Origin: Candidatus Micrarchaeota archaeon
GTDB lineage: Archaea > Micrarchaeota > Micrarchaeia > Micrarchaeales > Micrarchaeaceae
DNA: 64,000 bases
NCBI GenBank assembly: GCA_021811605.1
Contig: JAJZNR010000024.1
Span: 37,751 to 101,750, forward strand
Direction of reading: 5' to 3'
Both the position numbers and the translations under genes were made by a program. Below are positions 26,139 through 34,720 of this stretch, piece after piece (position 1 is the first letter of the stretch; each line of letters opens with the position of its first letter). A model generated the notes under the pieces. That model searched no databases. It had not been told where the DNA came from and saw nothing but the letters and a program-made list of their open reading frames with translations.

Positions 26139-26966
26139 TCATCTGTACTTTACGCTCTTCCCCTTCCAGATATCCGGGTCTCCCCACAGCTTCAGCCTCC
26201 ACGCGTTGAACTCGGTTATCTGTGTGTGGTCTATGAAGAGGTTCACTTTTGGTCCGAAGTTCTTTAGGTACCACTTGAACACCTCCGGGTCGGAAGCCTC
26301 GAACATCCACTTTTCATATCCGAAATGGTCCACCACCTTCTTTATCACGTCCTTTTTCCACTGCTCCGGAGGGAGGTCCTCGGTAAGCCCCTCCGACTCA
26401 AGCATCATCGTGCTCTTACCCGCGTCCCAGCACGCCTTCGCCTCCTCCATGAATTCCCCGATCGGGCGAAGTTCCCTCTTGTACCCGACAATGTGCGTGC
26501 CAGCGCCAGCTCCGTACATCATCGTTATCTCGGGCTTCGGCGTGAGCCCTATCTCCTTTACTCTCTTTATCATCGCCACCTTGTCCTCCAGGGTCATGCG
26601 GGCGAAGCCGCTGGATATCTCGATTACGTCGAATCCCACCTCCTTGCACTCATCGAAGTACCTATCTACCGCCTTCTTTCCGTCAACAAGCACACGCTCC
26701 ACCCATCCGCCAGTTGACACGTATACGTCGTGGTCGTGGCAGAGCCCGATTATCTTCTTCACCATGCTCTTGTCGAGCAGACGGAACGTACCGCATGCGA
26801 ACTTGAACCCGTCAAAGTACTCGCTCCATGCCTCAAGGACGTCCTTGATGTACGTTACAGTAGCTACGGATGCGTAGTAGGGCACCCGCACCTCTATCTT
26901 CCCGCTCTTTCTCGGTTTCTCGGGTAGCTCCGGGAGCTTCACCCATTCTGCCATTTTCTTTCCCAT
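26139..26966 (-). CDS. phosphosulfolactate synthase (ComA) family protein
   Basis: These blocks are collinear with my recollection of ComA-family sequences: 'YFDGFKFACGTFRLLDKSMVKKII', 'YVSTGGWVE', 'YFDECKEVGFDVIEISSGFARMTLEDKVAMIKRVKEIG', 'WMFEASDPEVFKWYLKNFGPKVNLF'. Confidence 0.7.
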   Translation of the reverse strand: MGKKMAEWVKLPELPEKPRKSGKIEVRVPYYASVATVTYIKDVLEAWSEYFDGFKFACGTFRLLDKSMVKKIIGLCHDHDVYVSTGGWVERVLVDGKKAVDRYFDECKEVGFDVIEISSGFARMTLEDKVAMIKRVKEIGLTPKPEITMMYGAGAGTHIVGYKRELRPIGEFMEEAKACWDAGKSTMMLESEGLTEDLPPEQWKKDVIKKVVDHFGYEKWMFEASDPEVFKWYLKNFGPKVNLFIDHTQITEFNAWRLKLWGDPDIWKGKSVKYR

Positions 26967-26970
26967 AAAC

Positions 26971-28338
26971 TCATCTTGTTATCTGGAACAGCCGGCTTAA
27001 GTCCGCAAGCCTCTCAACGTTCCATATATTGTGCATAAGCAGCTCTATCTTGTCCCTGTTGATGTGGCTGGAAGTGAGTTTCATGAATTTCTCCTCCAGC
27101 TCCTGATCCGTCATCTTGTTTTTCGGATGACCCCTTGAATATATCACCTTCTTCCTTACGGCCTTCCCATTCTTCAGCTTCACTATCAGGTCAGCCGCAT
27201 TCACTGTACCGCCTCTGTTGAAGAGGTCTGTGAATTCCTTCTTCTCCACAACCGTTATCCTCTTCATAAGCTCGAGTGTCTTTCTGTCCCTGAACCTCTT
27301 CTCCGAGAACGTTCCTATCTCGATGTCTCCGTCGATAAGCGCAGCCGCCACGATGTATGGGAGGCTGTGGTCTGCTGTCTCCTTCGTCTGCGGATCCCAC
27401 TTCTCTTTCCCGCTCCCTATTATCCTGAGGCCGCCTTCATTGGTGCCGATCTCCACGCTCTTTATCTCGTCTGTGCCGTTGAACATCCTCTTTGCTTCGA
27501 TGGCGCACCATATCGCGCTCTGCGCACGCGTCTCCGCAGGGAAGTACTTTATCAACGTGTCGTTAATCTTGAAGCGGTTCTTCCTGTTCCCGAACTTCAC
27601 GGTGTCGAGCTGGAATTTTCCCGATACCTCGTTCCAGAATCCCATTTCTCCCTCGAAAATCGGCGCCGGTCCTGTCATCCCATTCTTCGCCAGCACAGCT
27701 GAGAATATCGCGTTGCGAGCGGAGTTCGCGAAAGCGGGAGCTTTCCACATGGAAAGCTCACCGGAACGCAGCTGCCTCATCGTCATGTGGGAACTGAGGG
27801 CGATGTTTATCGCATGTGCCGTCTGTTTCTCGTTCAACCGCATCAGCATGCTTGACACTGCGGCTACCGATACCAACCCGTATATCACGTGATCCCAACC
27901 CCTCTTCCAGAGGCAAGCCGCGTCGGCAAGCCTGCACTGGATCTCGTATGCGAGAACCGTTCCGAGTACCACATCCTTCCCGCTCTTCCCTTCTGCCTCC
28001 GCCACTGCAACTATGGGGAATATGTTGTCGCTCGGGTGGGCGAATTCCTTTCCATCGTAGGTGTCATTGTAGTCGAAATACCTCGCCATGGTGCCATTTG
28101 CGAACGCCGCGAACTGCGGTATCGACTTCCTCTGCGTTCCGATAACAGATGCGGTTTTGTCCTGCTTGCTGTACTCTATACTTTTCTTGACTATCTCTGC
28201 AGGTTCGGAGCGTGACGCTCCGATCGCGCATCCGAAGGTATCAAGAATCACGCGCTTTGCCGAATGTATCGTCTCCCTGGAAAGGTCGTTGTATCCAACC
28301 GAATGGACGTATTTCGCGAGGTCGTCTGCCAGCGCCAT
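26971..28338 (-). CDS. MmgE/PrpD family protein (2-methylcitrate dehydratase-like)
   Basis: N-terminus 'LAKYVHSVGYNDLSRETIHSAKRVILDTFGCAIGA'. The length (455 aa) and the internal 'HPSDNIFP' and 'GWDH' blocks are typical of PrpD. Confidence 0.85.
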   Translation of the reverse strand: MALADDLAKYVHSVGYNDLSRETIHSAKRVILDTFGCAIGASRSEPAEIVKKSIEYSKQDKTASVIGTQRKSIPQFAAFANGTMARYFDYNDTYDGKEFAHPSDNIFPIVAVAEAEGKSGKDVVLGTVLAYEIQCRLADAACLWKRGWDHVIYGLVSVAAVSSMLMRLNEKQTAHAINIALSSHMTMRQLRSGELSMWKAPAFANSARNAIFSAVLAKNGMTGPAPIFEGEMGFWNEVSGKFQLDTVKFGNRKNRFKINDTLIKYFPAETRAQSAIWCAIEAKRMFNGTDEIKSVEIGTNEGGLRIIGSGKEKWDPQTKETADHSLPYIVAAALIDGDIEIGTFSEKRFRDRKTLELMKRITVVEKKEFTDLFNRGGTVNAADLIVKLKNGKAVRKKVIYSRGHPKNKMTDQELEEKFMKLTSSHINRDKIELLMHNIWNVERLADLSRLFQITR

Positions 28339-28341
28339 GCC

Positions 28342-29427
28342 CTATCCCCTAATCTTCTCTATAATCGCCTTTGTCATCTGCTTCGTGCCCACCGGATTCC
28401 TGTCCTTGAGGTCATAGGTAAGGTTCTTCCCTTCCTTTATCACAGCCGCCACCGCCTTCCTGATGTCGTGAGCGGCGGCCTGCTCACCTATATGATCGAG
28501 CATCATCGCAGCGCTAAGTATGCATGCACTCGGGTTCACCTTGTTTTTTCCCTTGTACTTAGGCGCGCTTCCGTGGACGGGCTCGAACACCGCATAGTGC
28601 AAACCGATGTTGGCGCTGGGCGCCATGCCGCTTCCACCCACCAGTCCGGAAGTGAGATCGGATATTATGTCTCCGTAGAGGTTCGGGCACACCAACACGT
28701 CGTAAAGCTCAGGCTTTGTTACGAGCTGCATGCATATGTTGTCTACAATCTTGTCCTCGTACTCCACCCTCCTTTTGTAATCCATCGCTACGCTCTGCGC
28801 CTCCCTCATGAACAGTCCATCCGTGAACTTCAATATGTTCGCCTTGTGCACCGCGGTTATCTTCTTCCTCTCGTTGGCTAGCGCGTAATCAAAAGCGAAC
28901 TTCACTATGCGCCTGCTTCCCGAAACCGATATTGTCTTAAAGCTGATGGCGCTGTCCTCCTTTATCCTCTTGCCAGTGAATGTAAGCGCGAACTCTATCA
29001 GCTCCTTTGTCTCGTCCTTTCCCTTGTCGAACTCTATGCCTGTGTAAAGGTCCTCGGTGTTCTCCCTTATCACAACAAGGTCGACGTTCTTATAGCGGGA
29101 TTTCACTCCCGGGATGGTTTTGGCAGGTCTCACGTTGGCAAAGAGGTCCAGACCCATTCTCAGCTCGACATTGACGCTGCGGAACCCTACGCCGATAGGC
29201 GTAGCGATAGGCCCCTTCAGCGCAACCTTGTTCTTCCTTATCGATGAAAAGGTAGCTCCCGGAAGTATGCTGCCCTCCCTCTCCCGTGCGGTCTCCCCTG
29301 CCGTGCGCTCCTCCCACTCTATGGAAAAGTTATGCCTGTCACCTACTGACTCGACGCACTGCCGTGCCGCATCGGTAACCTCGGGTCCTATCCCGTCGCC
29401 TGGTATCAGGGTTATTCGGTATTTCAT
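28342..29427 (-). CDS. isocitrate/homoisocitrate/isopropylmalate dehydrogenase family enzyme (NAD-IDH-like)
   Basis: 'ITLIPGDGIGPEV', 'SVNVELRMGLDLFANVRPAK', 'VVIRENTEDLYTGIE', 'NLYGDIISDL' and 'HGSAPKYKGKNKVNP'. Confidence 0.85.
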   Translation of the reverse strand: MKYRITLIPGDGIGPEVTDAARQCVESVGDRHNFSIEWEERTAGETAREREGSILPGATFSSIRKNKVALKGPIATPIGVGFRSVNVELRMGLDLFANVRPAKTIPGVKSRYKNVDLVVIRENTEDLYTGIEFDKGKDETKELIEFALTFTGKRIKEDSAISFKTISVSGSRRIVKFAFDYALANERKKITAVHKANILKFTDGLFMREAQSVAMDYKRRVEYEDKIVDNICMQLVTKPELYDVLVCPNLYGDIISDLTSGLVGGSGMAPSANIGLHYAVFEPVHGSAPKYKGKNKVNPSACILSAAMMLDHIGEQAAAHDIRKAVAAVIKEGKNLTYDLKDRNPVGTKQMTKAIIEKIRG

Positions 29428-29428
29428 G

Positions 29429-30568
29429 CTACTTCCTCTTGTCGATAGGTATAAACTTCAGGTCTAGCGGACCTGTGTAAAGGTCAAGCGGGCGTATCAG
29501 CCTGTTGTCGGAGTATTGCTCCAGCGCATGGGCGACCCATCCGGAAGACCTCGCTATCGCGAACACCGGGGATGTCAACTCGATGTCGAGGCCCATCGTA
29601 TGATAGATAATCGCAGAGAAGAAGTCGACGTTGGGGTATAGCTTCTTCTCGCGCGCCATCACCCGCTCTATTATCTCGGCCATCTCGAACCACTTCATAT
29701 CTCCGGTTCTCTTGCTGAAGCTCCTAGCCTCCGGTTTCATTATCCGCGCGCGAGGGTCGTACACCTTGTAAACTCGGTGGCCGATTCCCATCAGCTTCTG
29801 GTGGTTGGCGAGCGCCTTCATCACGAACGGCTCCGTGTTCTCGACGGTGCCGATCTGCTCGAACTGCTCCGTTATCGCCTGCGCCGCCCCTCCGTGAAGC
29901 GGCCCTTTCAGCACCCCTATTCCGGTGGTGAGAGCTGAGTACATGTCGCTCAGAGTCGATACTGTTGTCCTTACCGCGAAAGTAGAGGCGTTGAAGCTGT
30001 GTTCAGTATGCAGTACGAAGTCCATGTCTATGGCACGGGCCTCCTCGGCCGTTGGTCTCTTCCCCTTCACAGTATAGAGGAAGTTTGCAGCGTAGCCGAG
30101 CTTCGGGTCGGGTTTCACTATAGGCAGCCCTTTGCTCATCCTGTAATATGTTGTGACTATCGTCGGAAACTTTGCTATTAGCGACTTCCCTATCGCCAGG
30201 TTCCTGTCTCCTCTGGCGTTTTTGACATCAGGATCCGCGCCAGCGAGCGCGCTCACAGCGGTTCGAAGCGCGTCCATAGGGGTGGCCTTGCCAGCTATGT
30301 CCTTCAGCACCTTCATTATTGCTGGCGGAAGCTTGCCCATCCTCGCCAGCTCCTTTGTGAAAGCGGTGAGCTCCTTCCTCGTGGGGAGCTTCAAGTACAG
30401 GAGGAGGAAAGTCACCTCCTCGAACGTGCAGTTCTTCGCCAGATCCTCTATCCTGTATCCTCTGTAGTACAGTTTCCCCTCTGCTCCGTTGACCTTGCAT
30501 ATCTTCGACTCCCCGGCTATGATTCCCTCAAGCCCTCTCTTGAAATTCTCCTGTAATTCTTCTGCCAT
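29429..30568 (-). CDS. gltA: citrate synthase (or 2-methylcitrate synthase)
   Basis: 'LYYRGYRIEDL', 'GPLHGGAAQ', 'GIGHRVYKVYDPRA' and 'VDFFSAIIY' are citrate synthase signatures. Confidence 0.9.
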   Translation of the reverse strand: MAEELQENFKRGLEGIIAGESKICKVNGAEGKLYYRGYRIEDLAKNCTFEEVTFLLLYLKLPTRKELTAFTKELARMGKLPPAIMKVLKDIAGKATPMDALRTAVSALAGADPDVKNARGDRNLAIGKSLIAKFPTIVTTYYRMSKGLPIVKPDPKLGYAANFLYTVKGKRPTAEEARAIDMDFVLHTEHSFNASTFAVRTTVSTLSDMYSALTTGIGVLKGPLHGGAAQAITEQFEQIGTVENTEPFVMKALANHQKLMGIGHRVYKVYDPRARIMKPEARSFSKRTGDMKWFEMAEIIERVMAREKKLYPNVDFFSAIIYHTMGLDIELTSPVFAIARSSGWVAHALEQYSDNRLIRPLDLYTGPLDLKFIPIDKRK

Positions 30569-30575
30569 GTTATCA

Positions 30576-31505
30576 CTACTCTTTCAAATGCGAAACCAGC
30601 TCCTTTATCTTGGAAGCCGCCACCGCCAACTCCGACATCTCCTTCTTGTTGAGCTTAAGCTGTATTATCTTCTCTATTCCATCCGCGCCGAGGACGACGG
30701 GCACCCCCAGGAACACGCCATTTATCCTATACTCCCCGTTCAGGTAGACAGAGCACGGTAGTACGGTCTTCTTGTCAAGCAGTATAGACTCTATCATGAG
30801 GACCAGTGAGGAAGCGGGAGCGTAGAACGCGCTGCTGTCCTTCTCAAGCTTTATTATCTCCGCACCGGCGTTGCGTGTCCTCTCTACGAGCCTCTCTATT
30901 TTTGCCATGGGCAGCCGCTCTGCGAGCGGCATACCGTCTACACTGGTGTACCTCGGCAGCGGCACCATGAAGTCGCCATGGCTGCCCATCACCATCGTAT
31001 TGACGGCGTTGACGCTGACCTTCAGTTCGCTGGCTATGAAGTAGGCGAATCTCGACGAGTCCAGCACTCCAGCCATCCCCATCACCCGCTCGCGCGGGAA
31101 GCCCGTGACCTTCTTCGCCAGATAGACCATCGCATCAAGCGGGTTCGTAAGCACGATGAGCTTCGCCTCCGGCGCGTACCTCTTTATCTTCTCGCATGCT
31201 GCCCTCACCACCTTTGCATTGACGTCAAGAAGCTCGTCCCTGGACATTCCCTCCTTTCTCGGCACCCCTGCGGTGAGCACCACTATGTCACTGCCCTTTA
31301 TATCCTTCCAGTCTCCGGTTCCCCTAACGTTTACGTCGAATCCCTCTATAGGCGCCCCTTCCATCATGTCCAGCGCCACTCCCTTCGCTGTTCCTTCGGT
31401 GCGGTTCCACAGGATCACGTCGCAGATGCCCCTGTAAGCAAGAATCTGCGCAGTAGTGGAGCCCACGCGTCCTGCCCCTATTATAGATACCTTAGCACGC
31501 CCCAT
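30576..31505 (-). CDS. mdh: malate dehydrogenase (LDH-like family)
   Basis: 'KVSIIGAGRVGST', 'TAGVPRKEGMSRDELL' (Arg at the substrate-specificity position), 'VLTNPLD' and 'VMGSHGD'. I chose the start at Met4. Confidence 0.9.
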   Translation of the reverse strand: MGRAKVSIIGAGRVGSTTAQILAYRGICDVILWNRTEGTAKGVALDMMEGAPIEGFDVNVRGTGDWKDIKGSDIVVLTAGVPRKEGMSRDELLDVNAKVVRAACEKIKRYAPEAKLIVLTNPLDAMVYLAKKVTGFPRERVMGMAGVLDSSRFAYFIASELKVSVNAVNTMVMGSHGDFMVPLPRYTSVDGMPLAERLPMAKIERLVERTRNAGAEIIKLEKDSSAFYAPASSLVLMIESILLDKKTVLPCSVYLNGEYRINGVFLGVPVVLGADGIEKIIQLKLNKKEMSELAVAASKIKELVSHLKE

Positions 31506-31600
31506 GATTAGCACACAGAACTAAACTATAAAAGGCTTTAGAAAAGCCACGGCGAATGCTTTATATATCATAACAAAGTGAGGGTTTCGCTAGTGGTATC

Positions 31601-33115
31601 ATGAACACAGAAATGACCGCTCCGAAGAAAGCGATCCAGATAGCAGTGAATGCAACTCCGGATATAACAAGACGGCTTTACGACAGGCTCAAGGAAAGGT
31701 TATCAAAGCAAAACAGGTTCGGAATCGAGGAATTGAAAAGGGAGAACACCGACATTTTCGTATACGGCAGAATGCCTATCGAGGAGGTCGAGCGACTTGT
31801 CCAGGAGGAGTGTTCGTATATGGCGCAGAAGAGCAGGACCGGCAGGTTCACATGCACGATAAGCGAGTTAGAGCTGCCCACTGTGGAGAGGACTGATGCA
31901 GGTCCCGATTCAACAGCTTTGGAAAAGAAGGTCGCAGAACTTGAAAACCAGCTGCGCATAGCGCAGAAGGACCTCGGAGCTCGGCGCCAAGGCTACGAAA
32001 ACGAGCTGAATAGGATTGACCGTGAGCTGCAGACCCAGAAGAGCGAATCCGAAAGATGGCAGAGAGGCAACACCGCGCTTGTCGAGAGGGTAAAGGAGGA
32101 AGGCAGGAAGGTTTTGGCGCTGTCCGAAAAGATAAAATCCCTGGAAGTCGAGTTGGAGAAGACGAGAGCCGAAGCTACGGGAAAGGAGAGCGACATGCTT
32201 CCGTCGCTGTCAAAGTGGTCTAAATCGATAACAAGGATAAATGGCCAGCTCTCAGCCGTTCTCGGATCGAACCCCATATCCGATGGATACCTGCTTAGTC
32301 TGGCAGGTATGGCGCAGATGAGCGAAACCGAATATATAACGCATAAGCTCAAGGAAAAGATACCGGAAATCAACGACGATACCATGGCAGATCTGCTCAA
32401 CATGGTGCCGTGGGAGAAGAGTGAAGTATACCAGAAGCTTGCTCCTGCTCTGAAAGAAGCGCAGGAAAAGATTGACTTCCTCAAACAGATGCGCGCCATC
32501 GGAACACAAGTTCCGGAAAGCGTAGTTTCCGCTTTGAACATCGAAGAGGCGGAAAAGACAGTTGAGGCGTTCACAAATGAGAAGACGCGTTACGAGAAGA
32601 AGAGCGAATCGGCAGCTTTGGTCGCTGACCTGAAGAAGGAGCACAAGATGGCGTTGCAGTTGCGCCAGGTCACTGCCCCATGGTGCGATGAGCGACCTAT
32701 ACCGATACTCATAATGACAGACGACCGCGAGAACTACAGGCTCAGCTTCCCCGTGTCGGAAAACACGGAGCATACGTTCGAAAAGATACTGTCTGGCTTG
32801 ATAGTGGAGTTCTCACATGGTGAGGGATTCCTCGCGGCTGCGGATGAAGCTACACCGGGTATGATAACGATAAGCGAGACTTCGACAGAGCGCCTGATAT
32901 ACAGGCACTTCACAACCGGCCTGGCTGAGAAGCTCTCCGCAACGGGTCTGTCTGAGTTCGGCCTGGCTTTCGAGATTTACGCTCTCACAAAAGCGAGGTC
33001 GCAGGTCCGTTCCGCCGCACGGCAGGCTGCGCCTCCGGCGCTCCGAGGAGAGTCACCTCAAGGGGCTTCCGAGGACCGTTTGGAGCATTCGGACGTGTCC
33101 GTGAAGAAACCGTAG
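31601..33115 (+). CDS. hypothetical coiled-coil protein
   Basis: 504-aa ORF. Residues 105-200 or so are heptad-like and charged ('LEKKVAELENQLRIAQKDL ... KIKSLEVELEKTRAEA'). No enzymatic motif seen. Confidence 0.5.
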   Translation: MNTEMTAPKKAIQIAVNATPDITRRLYDRLKERLSKQNRFGIEELKRENTDIFVYGRMPIEEVERLVQEECSYMAQKSRTGRFTCTISELELPTVERTDAGPDSTALEKKVAELENQLRIAQKDLGARRQGYENELNRIDRELQTQKSESERWQRGNTALVERVKEEGRKVLALSEKIKSLEVELEKTRAEATGKESDMLPSLSKWSKSITRINGQLSAVLGSNPISDGYLLSLAGMAQMSETEYITHKLKEKIPEINDDTMADLLNMVPWEKSEVYQKLAPALKEAQEKIDFLKQMRAIGTQVPESVVSALNIEEAEKTVEAFTNEKTRYEKKSESAALVADLKKEHKMALQLRQVTAPWCDERPIPILIMTDDRENYRLSFPVSENTEHTFEKILSGLIVEFSHGEGFLAAADEATPGMITISETSTERLIYRHFTTGLAEKLSATGLSEFGLAFEIYALTKARSQVRSAARQAAPPALRGESPQGASEDRLEHSDVSVKKP

Positions 33116-33248
33116 TCGCGAGCCGCATGACTCCGCTTCCATAAAATCCAAAGCTATTAATACCTTTTCGCAAGAGTAATTAGTGCCTTTTGGGCTCTTT
33201 TGCTGACAGGAAAGAAAGCAAACACAGTATTCTCAAGCGATTGATCGA

Positions 33249-33671
33249 ATGGCAAACATATACGACGTAAAGGGCTCCGAACTCGTGAAGGTAGCTGCGC
33301 AACGTCTCAAGGAGAAGATGAAGAAGCCGGAGTATATAATATACGCGAAGAGCGGCGCGCACAGGGAGCGCCCTCCTCAAGACCCGGACTTCTACTTCGT
33401 AAGAAGCGCTTCGATACTCAGGCAGATTTACGTCAACGGGCCGGTAGGCACCGAGCGTCTCAGGACAAGATACGGGACGAGGCTGGAGCACAATGGCACT
33501 CACAGGCACCACCACCAGAAAGCCGGCGGGAGCCTGATACGGGAGTCGATGCAGGCGCTCGAAGCCCTGAACTTCATAAAGAAGACCAAGAAGGGCCGCA
33601 TAATAGCGCCGGCCGGCAAGGCATTCCTCGACAGAGTAAGCAAGGAGATAGCCGGGGACGTGAAGAGTTAA
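33249..33671 (+). CDS. rps19e: 30S ribosomal protein S19e
   Basis: 'YDVKGSELVKVAAQRLKE ... PEYIIYAKSGAHRERPPQDPDFYFVRSASILRQIY ... GSLIRESMQALEAL' is the S19e pattern. Confidence 0.92.
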   Translation: MANIYDVKGSELVKVAAQRLKEKMKKPEYIIYAKSGAHRERPPQDPDFYFVRSASILRQIYVNGPVGTERLRTRYGTRLEHNGTHRHHHQKAGGSLIRESMQALEALNFIKKTKKGRIIAPAGKAFLDRVSKEIAGDVKS

Positions 33672-33681
33672 TTAGATTTAC

Positions 33682-33996
33682 ATGGCAAGTGAAGAGGAAG
33701 ACGAGCAGCGTTCCCAGAAACGCGCGCAAAAAGCGATGATGGAACGGTACAGGATGCTCCAGATAGAGCAGCAGAAGAAGGAACTCCTCAGGAAGTTGAT
33801 GGAGCCCGCTGCATACGAGCGGCTGATGAACATCCGGATATCGAATCCGGAGCTGTATCAGCAGCTTGTCGACCTCATAATCTCGCTGGCGCAGTCCCAG
33901 CGGCTGTCGGGAAAGCTGACCGAAACGCAGCTCCTCTCGATACTGCAGAAGGTGACTGCCAGGCCGGAAACAAAGATTGAGTTCAAGCACAAGTGA
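33682..33996 (+). CDS. PDCD5/TFAR19-like DNA-binding protein
   Basis: 'LLRKLMEPAAYERLMNIRISNPELYQQLVDLIISLAQSQRLSGKLTETQLLSILQKV'. Its position between S19e and L39e is conserved in archaea. Confidence 0.85.
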   Translation: MASEEEDEQRSQKRAQKAMMERYRMLQIEQQKKELLRKLMEPAAYERLMNIRISNPELYQQLVDLIISLAQSQRLSGKLTETQLLSILQKVTARPETKIEFKHK

Positions 33997-34000
33997 AAAC

Positions 34001-34168
34001 ATGACAAGAAAGACGCGAAAGCTGAAGCTAAGGCTTGGCAGGAAGCTAAAGCAGTCGAGACGCATTCCGCTGGTAGCCAGGCTCAGGACACACAGGAGGC
34101 TGCAGCAGAACCGCTACGCGAGGAACTGGCGCCAGAGAAAGATGCGCCTGAAGGTGGACGAGGAGTAA
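34001..34168 (+). CDS. rpl39e: 50S ribosomal protein L39e
   Basis: 'KTRKLKLRLGRKLKQSRRIPLVARLRTHRRLQQNRYARNWRQRKMRLK'. I chose the ATG at 34001 inside the listed ORF. Confidence 0.85.
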   Translation: MTRKTRKLKLRLGRKLKQSRRIPLVARLRTHRRLQQNRYARNWRQRKMRLKVDEE

Positions 34169-34174
34169 AAGTAA

Positions 34175-34654
34175 ATGGTGGCAATCATGGCAGAGCGACT
34201 TATAACGATAAACATCCGGAAATACCTGTCGACGCAGCCGCGCACGAAGAGGCCCAGAAAGGCGGCAAGATACATCCGCGAACGGGTGGCGCATTACACG
34301 AAGCTTAAGGAGGAGAACGTAAAGCTCAGCTACAAGCTCAACGAACTGATTTTCAAGAAGTATGCGAAGAGCATGGTTCCTGTGAAGCTCAGGGTGAAGA
34401 TCGGGACCGACACCGCAGACGTGCTTCCGGCCGAGATGCCTACCGACGCGCAGAAGGCAGAGACGCCAACCTCGCAGCAGAAGAAGTCTTTCTTCTCCAT
34501 AAATAAGAAGGAGAGCAAGCCTGCCGCTGCGGCTGAGGCGACCGGCGCATCCACACCTTCGCATACGAATACGAAGGCGCAGCCGCCGACTCAGACGCCG
34601 ACGCCTGCCAACCCCGCTCCTGCAGCCAGGAAACCGGAGCAGAAGAAGGCATGA
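34175..34654 (+). CDS. rpl31e: 50S ribosomal protein L31e with long low-complexity C-terminal extension
   Basis: The core is 'ERLITINIRKYLSTQPRTKRPRKAARYIRERVAHYTK ... VKLSYKLNELIFKK ... PVKLRVKI'. About 70 extra Thr/Pro/Ala/Gln/Lys-rich residues follow. Confidence 0.85.
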   Translation: MVAIMAERLITINIRKYLSTQPRTKRPRKAARYIRERVAHYTKLKEENVKLSYKLNELIFKKYAKSMVPVKLRVKIGTDTADVLPAEMPTDAQKAETPTSQQKKSFFSINKKESKPAAAAEATGASTPSHTNTKAQPPTQTPTPANPAPAARKPEQKKA

Positions 34655-34720
34655 CGTCAGTAGCCAGTCTCTTGATAACGTATAAATATTATGTCCGACA
34701 CAGTGGAACTGCGGATTTTC

